In this document: piece by piece, positions 6,126-10,984 of the stretch
Position numbering within the stretch: position 1 is the stretch's first letter
Layout: each line of letters opens with the position of its first letter
DNA from: Vulcanimicrobiota bacterium
Lineage (GTDB): Bacteria > Vulcanimicrobiota > Vulcanimicrobiia > Vulcanimicrobiales > Vulcanimicrobiaceae
Length of the DNA stretch: 10,984 bases
Reading direction: 5' to 3'
Assembly: GCA_003133025.1 (NCBI GenBank)
Contig: PKZK01000011.1
Location: 1 to 10,984 of the forward strand
Notes under the pieces: model-generated
Told to the model about the DNA's origin: nothing
The model's database searches: none
Seen by the model: only the letters and a program-made list of their open reading frames with translations
Made by a program: the position numbers and the translations under genes

Positions 6126-7655
6126 TCAGAGTCGCGCCAGAAATGCAGCCGCACTCTCGGCGATGCGTTGGCGCTCGTCGGCCGCGAACTTATCGTAAGT
6201 CCGGACCATTTGCGCCATGCGCGGATTCCCTCCGATCCTAGCGCGATTCCGGTTGATGAAATCCCAGTACAGCGCATTGAACGGACAAGCTCGCTCACCG
6301 CTCCGCTGCTTCACGTCGTAATGGCACGACCCGCAGTAGTTCGACATCCGGTTGATATACGCTCCGCTAGCCGCATAGGGCTTCGATGCCAGCAAGCCGC
6401 CGTCGGCGAACTGGCTCATACCCACAGTATTCGGCAACTCGACCCACTCGTACGCATCCGCGTAGACGCTCAGATACCACTCATGCAGCGCGTACGGGTC
6501 GATCCCCGCGAGCATCGCGAAGTTCCCCGTCACCATCAAGCGCTGGATGTGATGCGCGTAGGCAAGCTCTTTCGTCTGCGTCACCGCGGCCCTAACGCAA
6601 GCCATGTCAGTCTCGGCCGTCCAGTAGAACTCGGGCAACGCTCGCGCGTGGCTGAAGAAGTTGCTCCGCTCGTACCCGGGCATCTTCAGCCAATAGATCC
6701 CGCGCACGTATTCGCGCCACCCGATGATCTGGCGGATGAATCCCTCTGCGGCGTTCAGGGGCACCTTTCCCGCACGGTACGCGACCTCAACCTGCCGGCA
6801 GACGCGCAGCGGATCGAGTAATCCACAGTTGAGATACTGCGCGATGACGGAGTGGTAGAGGAATGGCTCACCGCGCAACATGGCATCCTGAAAGTCGCCG
6901 AACCTCGGGAGCGCTTCGTCGACGAAGGCCGCAAACGACGCCTCCGCGTCGGCCCGCGTAACCGCTACACCGAACGGCAATAGGTCTCCGAAGTGATCGC
7001 CGAACCGCGCCTCGACGAGTGCCAACACCTCTTCGGTGATGGCATCGGGTGGACACCCGATGGGTCGAGGCATGAAGAGCGACGGGTCCGCCGGCTTGCG
7101 GTTCTCGCTATCGAAATTCCACGTACCGCCCGCCGGCTGATCGCCGTCCATGAGAAGCCCAGTCCGGCGGCGCATGTCGCGATAGAAGTACTCCATGCGC
7201 AACTGCTTGCGCCCGGCCGCCCAAACCGCGAACTCACCATGCGAGCACAGAAAGCGATCGTCCGGCAGAATATCGACCGGCAGCCCAAAGAGGTCGCGCC
7301 AGCTACGGATCATCTCGGAAACGCGCCACTCGCCGGCTTCCGTGACGACGATTCTTTCCGGACGGTGCTCCGCGACGGCGTCCGCAAGTTGCTCGGTGAA
7401 GCTCGCCCGATTCTCTGCCGCGCCGAGCCTCACGTAGTCGACACTCCATCCCCTCGCCCGCAAGTCTTCGGCAAAATGCCGCATGGCGGAGAAGAGAAAT
7501 GCGATCTTTTTCTTGTGGTGGCGCACATAGGTCGCTTCATCGTGAAGCTCGGCCATCAGGACGCGGTCTCGTGACGGATCTGCCGCCGACAAGCTGGAGA
7601 CAGCGGGCGTCAGTTGATCGCCCAGCACGAGGATAAGATTGCGAACCCCAGTCAT
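6126..7655 (-). CDS. phrB: FeS-cluster bacterial cryptochrome/(6-4) photolyase (FeS-BCP, PhrB/CryB family), 509 aa
   Basis: LGDQL, HHKKKI, MEYFYR.MRR, WNFD.ENR, YAHHIQRLM..GN, DAYEWVELPN and KPYAASG.YINRMS motifs, plus four Fe-S cysteines (DMAC, YCGSC, ACPF). Colinear with Agrobacterium PhrB as I recall it. Confidence 0.95.
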   Translation of the reverse strand: MTGVRNLILVLGDQLTPAVSSLSAADPSRDRVLMAELHDEATYVRHHKKKIAFLFSAMRHFAEDLRARGWSVDYVRLGAAENRASFTEQLADAVAEHRPERIVVTEAGEWRVSEMIRSWRDLFGLPVDILPDDRFLCSHGEFAVWAAGRKQLRMEYFYRDMRRRTGLLMDGDQPAGGTWNFDSENRKPADPSLFMPRPIGCPPDAITEEVLALVEARFGDHFGDLLPFGVAVTRADAEASFAAFVDEALPRFGDFQDAMLRGEPFLYHSVIAQYLNCGLLDPLRVCRQVEVAYRAGKVPLNAAEGFIRQIIGWREYVRGIYWLKMPGYERSNFFSHARALPEFYWTAETDMACVRAAVTQTKELAYAHHIQRLMVTGNFAMLAGIDPYALHEWYLSVYADAYEWVELPNTVGMSQFADGGLLASKPYAASGAYINRMSNYCGSCHYDVKQRSGERACPFNALYWDFINRNRARIGGNPRMAQMVRTYDKFAADERQRIAESAAAFLARL

Positions 7656-7656
7656 C

Positions 7657-7720
7657 GCTTCTCCGGGACGTCTCCGAGCAGTGCTACACTGTTCGGCGGC
7701 TTCTGCGCCAGCACTTTGAC
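7657..7720 (-). pseudogene. Possible decayed DUF2256 remnant immediately upstream of the photolyase
   Basis: Minus frame reads WRR(7710-7702)...V*HCSETSRRS(7689-7657) versus the family consensus WRKKW....VKYCSERCRR. K>stop, Y>H and C>S are each single-base changes. DUF2256 commonly neighbours photolyase genes. Confidence 0.45.
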
Positions 7721-7853
7721 GCCACCCGCGTCTCGCGTGGCCCTGGCGCCGTAGTGACGCCGACCCGATCCCAGGGAACGTGGCAAAAAACGGGAGCCCG
7801 AAACTGAGCCAAACGTTGCCGGCAGGTAACGATGCCCTAAACCATTAAATAGC

Positions 7854-7886
7854 GTTAACCGCCGGTTAACCCCCGGCCCTGATAAT
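7854..7886 (+). promoter_or_regulatory. Palindromic TTAA-N7-TTAA operator plus GATAAT -10 upstream of the large secreted gene
   Basis: Perfect inverted repeat GTTAACCG-C-CGGTTAAC (7854-7870). GATAAT (7881-7886) lies 11 nt after the second TTAA; an extra TTAA is at 7845-7848. Confidence 0.65.
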
Positions 7887-7964
7887 CGCGGTGGTGTACC
7901 GCCTCCGTACGTCCCGGGCTAAGAGCCGGGCCGCCCTCTGCATCGTTCGTTTGGAGCATAAGCC

Positions 7965-10661
7965 TTGAAGCGACTGTCGCTACAGCGTCTGCCGGCTTTG
8001 CTACTGTTAATCGCAGTAGCTGGAGGGACCGCGCTCGTCGGATGGTCGGGGCGAACTAGTGCCGCCGTTATATCCGGGGTGTCGCCCAACGGCGGTGTAC
8101 TCAGCGTTCGTGGCCGTAACGCGGCGCTGGACATTGGCTACGCCGCCAACGACGCGACCGCAGGCGCGTCGCTCTCGCTTACGCTTGAAAGCGCGACATC
8201 GGGCATACCGCTCACGCCGAGCGGAGTGCCCGTCCTAGCGGCGCAGGTCGATGTCGGCGGCGGCCGCATCGTTACGTTTACTGACCTGCCACCTACGTCG
8301 ACGCTCCGGTCTGCCGCGCTGCGAGCGGGCGTCGATTATTCGATGTACTCGTTCGTAGGCGGCAAGCCCGTCGGGGTTCCGTACGATGCGGGCGTGCCGC
8401 TCGAGGGCTCGCTGCGCTTCCCGTCGCCGCTCAGAAACCTCTCGCTCTCGCCGGGCACGCCGCTTTTGATCGTGGTCGTCGCCGGAGCGAAGATCGCGCA
8501 CGAACCTGCAGCAATGACGACCATGCCGCTCGCGGCCGGCGGTGCGACCTTGTCGCTGCCGGAATACGCTTCGTTCGGCGGCTCTCTGGACTATGCGGCC
8601 AACGACGGACGCCGCAACAATCTGACGCTGGTGAACACCGGCAGCCTCAACGCGACAAACGCCCTCGTACCGCCGCTCGAGAAGACCCTGCTGTTTCTGG
8701 AACTGCATGTCGACGGAACCCGGGCAGTTAGCTTCGCGCCGACCGTGTCGGGCCCGGGACTGATGTTCGCGTCTGCGCTGCCGAACCTGAGGTTGCACTC
8801 ACCGCTCCTAGCTCCGGGCGTCGTCTACGACGCATTTGTTTTCGCCGGCGGCCAGCTCGTCGAAACGGGCAGCGCCGCAGCGTCGGCGAGTGGGGCTTTG
8901 ACGCTTCCGTCTCCGCTCAGCGATGCCCGAGTCGCGCCGGGAATGCCGATCGTCATCGAGCTCGCAACCGCACTCGCGTCGCCCCAGAGCACACTCGACG
9001 AATCGACTGGCGAGCCGTCGCTTCCCGAGAAAAACAACACGCAGAAACTCGCGCCCGCGGGCGGCACGATCCGAGCGATTAGCTACGGGGGATTCCAAGG
9101 CACGTTCCCCTACGCGCCAAACAACGCGCCGTCGGGCGTGACGTTGACCCTGACCAACAGCGGTCAGTACGACCAGTTCAACGCCCCGACACCCCCCGGC
9201 ACGACGGCGCTCCTCTTCCTGGCCGCCCAGGTGAGCGGCACGCAGACGATCGAGTTCGGCACGTCGTCGCTCACCGCATCGATTTCGTCGAGCACGCTAG
9301 TTGCCGGAACGTCATACACGCTCTATCTCTACGAGGCGGGCACGCAGACCGGCCTGGTCGAGACAAGCGCTGCCACCAAGGGCGGCATGGTGAAGTTCTC
9401 GACCCCGCTGCAAAGCGTCTCGATCGCGCCTGGAACACCGTTGGTCCTGGAACTGGTCACAAATAGCGCGCCAACGCCCACTCCGACTCCGAGCCCGACG
9501 CCGTCGCCGACTCCGAGCCCGACGCCGTCGCCAACTCCGAGCCCGACGCCGTCGCCAACTCCGAGCCCGACGCCGTCGCCAACTCCGAGCCCTACTCCCA
9601 GCCCCACTCCAACTCCGACGAATGCGCCGCCGGGTCAGTTCACGCTGTATAACCTGCCATCGCCGCTCGCCGACCCTCTAGGAATTACAGTGGGCTCGGA
9701 CGGGAACCTATGGTTTAGCGGCGGCTACACCTATGTGGGCTCGGTGACGACAGTCGGCGAGTTTAATGCGTATAAGCTCCCAACAGGGAGTTCTAATCCC
9801 GAGGGAATCACTAGCGGTCCGGACGGAAACCTTTGGTTCGCGCTAACGGGCTCTAGTCAGATTGGAGTGATTACCACAGGCGGCCAGGTTACGATTTATC
9901 AGATCCCGACTGCGGATAGCCAACCGGTTGGTATCACTTCCGGGCCTGATGGTAACCTGTGGTTCACAGAATTGAACGTTTCGAAGATAGGCAAGGTTAC
10001 TACATCAGGACAGTTTACCGAATATACCATTCCTACGGCCTCCAGTTATCCGCAGTTCATCGTGACTGGGCCCGACGGCAACTTGTGGTTCACGGAGGCG
10101 TCTGCAAACAAGATTGGCACCGTCACGACATCCGGTCAGTTTACCGAGTACCCGATCCCCTCTCCGAATAGCTACCCGCTCGGGATAGCCTCCGGGCCCG
10201 ATGGCAATATCTGGTTTACTGAGCCGAACACCAACAAGATCGGCAAAGTCAGCACCTCCGGCCAATTCACCGAGTACTCGACTCCGACGGCGAACAGCGG
10301 TCCGCAAGGTATCGCGGCCGGGCCAGACGGCAACGTTTGGTTCTGCGAAGGAAACGTCGGGAAGATCGGTGTCGTGACGCCGGGAGGCCAGTTCACGGAA
10401 TATCTTGTGCCGGGTGGAGGGTTTCCGTTTCAAATTGCCCTTGGGCCTGACGAAGCAATGTGGTTTACTGCCGCGAGCAATCCCAGTGGCGAAGTTGGTC
10501 GCGTTACCACCGGATTGACTCAGCAGCTGAGAAAACAGACGCACCTGGTAACGCCCGTTCCGCGACGCGCCGGCTTCTTGGAAAATGAGCCGCCGCGGGC
10601 TGCGCTAACCGCGATTCTTGGGCCGACGAGTCCGCTCATCCAACTCTTGGATCCCAGTTGA
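7965..10661 (+). CDS. Large secreted/surface protein, 898 aa: three repeated beta-rich domains, Pro/Thr/Ser linker, Vgb-like seven-bladed beta-propeller
   Basis: TTG start with GGAG at 7953-7956; N-terminal signal peptide; three ~140-aa repeats; (TPSP)n linker; seven 42-aa G(P/S)DGN(L/I/V)WF-type blades at about 9633-10514. Confidence 0.9.
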   Translation: MKRLSLQRLPALLLLIAVAGGTALVGWSGRTSAAVISGVSPNGGVLSVRGRNAALDIGYAANDATAGASLSLTLESATSGIPLTPSGVPVLAAQVDVGGGRIVTFTDLPPTSTLRSAALRAGVDYSMYSFVGGKPVGVPYDAGVPLEGSLRFPSPLRNLSLSPGTPLLIVVVAGAKIAHEPAAMTTMPLAAGGATLSLPEYASFGGSLDYAANDGRRNNLTLVNTGSLNATNALVPPLEKTLLFLELHVDGTRAVSFAPTVSGPGLMFASALPNLRLHSPLLAPGVVYDAFVFAGGQLVETGSAAASASGALTLPSPLSDARVAPGMPIVIELATALASPQSTLDESTGEPSLPEKNNTQKLAPAGGTIRAISYGGFQGTFPYAPNNAPSGVTLTLTNSGQYDQFNAPTPPGTTALLFLAAQVSGTQTIEFGTSSLTASISSSTLVAGTSYTLYLYEAGTQTGLVETSAATKGGMVKFSTPLQSVSIAPGTPLVLELVTNSAPTPTPTPSPTPSPTPSPTPSPTPSPTPSPTPSPTPSPTPSPTPSPTPTPTNAPPGQFTLYNLPSPLADPLGITVGSDGNLWFSGGYTYVGSVTTVGEFNAYKLPTGSSNPEGITSGPDGNLWFALTGSSQIGVITTGGQVTIYQIPTADSQPVGITSGPDGNLWFTELNVSKIGKVTTSGQFTEYTIPTASSYPQFIVTGPDGNLWFTEASANKIGTVTTSGQFTEYPIPSPNSYPLGIASGPDGNIWFTEPNTNKIGKVSTSGQFTEYSTPTANSGPQGIAAGPDGNVWFCEGNVGKIGVVTPGGQFTEYLVPGGGFPFQIALGPDEAMWFTAASNPSGEVGRVTTGLTQQLRKQTHLVTPVPRRAGFLENEPPRAALTAILGPTSPLIQLLDPS
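9486..9592 (+). repeat. In-frame 24-bp tandem repeat (about 4.5 copies) encoding TPSPTPSP
   Basis: Unit ACTCCGAGCCCGACGCCGTCGCC(G/A) starts at 9486, 9510, 9534 and 9558, with a partial copy at 9582. Confidence 0.95.
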
Positions 10662-10699
10662 GGCAGCCACTGCGCGTTTGCTGGGAGGCCGAATAGACA

Positions 10700-10721
10700 T
10701 CCGCTTCTAGAGGGAAGCGGA
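10700..10721. terminator. Stem-loop downstream of the large secreted gene (possible terminator or REP-like element)
   Basis: TCCGCTTC-tagagg-GAAGCGGA, an 8-bp perfect stem 38 nt after the stop codon; no U-tract. Confidence 0.35.
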
Positions 10722-10902
10722 CCGGAAACTCGCAGAACCGAGCGAGCGAATCCAAAGGTTGCGGCGAGATCTGCGTCCCCCGCCCGTTGCAGCGGCGTGT
10801 AGTCTGTGCGCCACTGCATCGCGAAGACAGTCTCGTAGTCGGAACGACCAAATCGCAAATCCTACCCCAAGATTACCGATGTCGTTCCCTATCTCGAGCC
10901 GG

Positions 10903-10980
10903 TATACTAGACTCCCAGTACGTAAGGTATCCCCACAAGATCGAGGCCCCCCTGAGACTGGCGATCGTGAGGCGCAGGAG
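10903..10980 (+). promoter_or_regulatory. Possible -10 (TATACT) and Shine-Dalgarno (AGGAG) for a gene beginning just past the window
   Basis: TATACT at 10903-10908 and AGGAG at 10976-10980, 4 nt from the window end; no clear -35. Confidence 0.35.
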
Positions 10981-10984
10981 CGCC

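Noticed and set aside
7781..7936. c-di-GMP-I riboswitch-like fragments (GGCAAA, CCTAAACCATT, GGGCTAAG...AGCCGGGCCGCC)
   Set aside because: The GNRA-capped P2 and GACGCAAAG junction are absent and the fragments are not in a foldable order.
9486..9592. Tandem repeats as a CRISPR array
   Set aside because: No spacers; it is an in-frame coding repeat.
9633..10514. vgb antibiotic-resistance gene call
   Set aside because: The catalytic His motif is absent and the domain is part of a large secreted protein.

Overview
GC-rich bacterial accessory region with no rRNA, tRNA, CRISPR array or transposase; the gene style (leaderless promoters, Vgb-repeat and YncE-like secreted proteins, multiple Uma2 genes) suggests a soil lineage such as Vulcanimicrobiota/Eremiobacterota, which is inference only. 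In order: the 3' end of a Uma2 endonuclease gene, a decayed XRE/HTH_37 remnant, a minus-strand block (secreted beta-propeller > 5'-truncated TPR regulator > 74-aa micro-protein > translationally coupled secreted protein), a 5'-truncated second Uma2, a DUF4241-like gene, a two-HKD phospholipase D-family gene, an FeS-BCP (6-4) photolyase with a decayed DUF2256 remnant upstream, and an 898-aa secreted protein (three repeated domains, Pro/Thr/Ser linker, Vgb-like propeller). The most striking signal is non-coding: two pairs of promoters with identical spacing. Pair 1 is SGNACG-N5-SGNACG-N9-TAnnnT-N6-start (leaderless, SARP/BTAD-like geometry) at 980-1020 and 2999-3039. Pair 2 is palindromic TTAA-N7-TTAA-N11-SATAAT at 6015-6048 and 7854-7886. 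Together they suggest a possibly undescribed winged-helix/TPR sensor, micro-protein and secreted-cargo regulatory system in a recombination-scarred hotspot.
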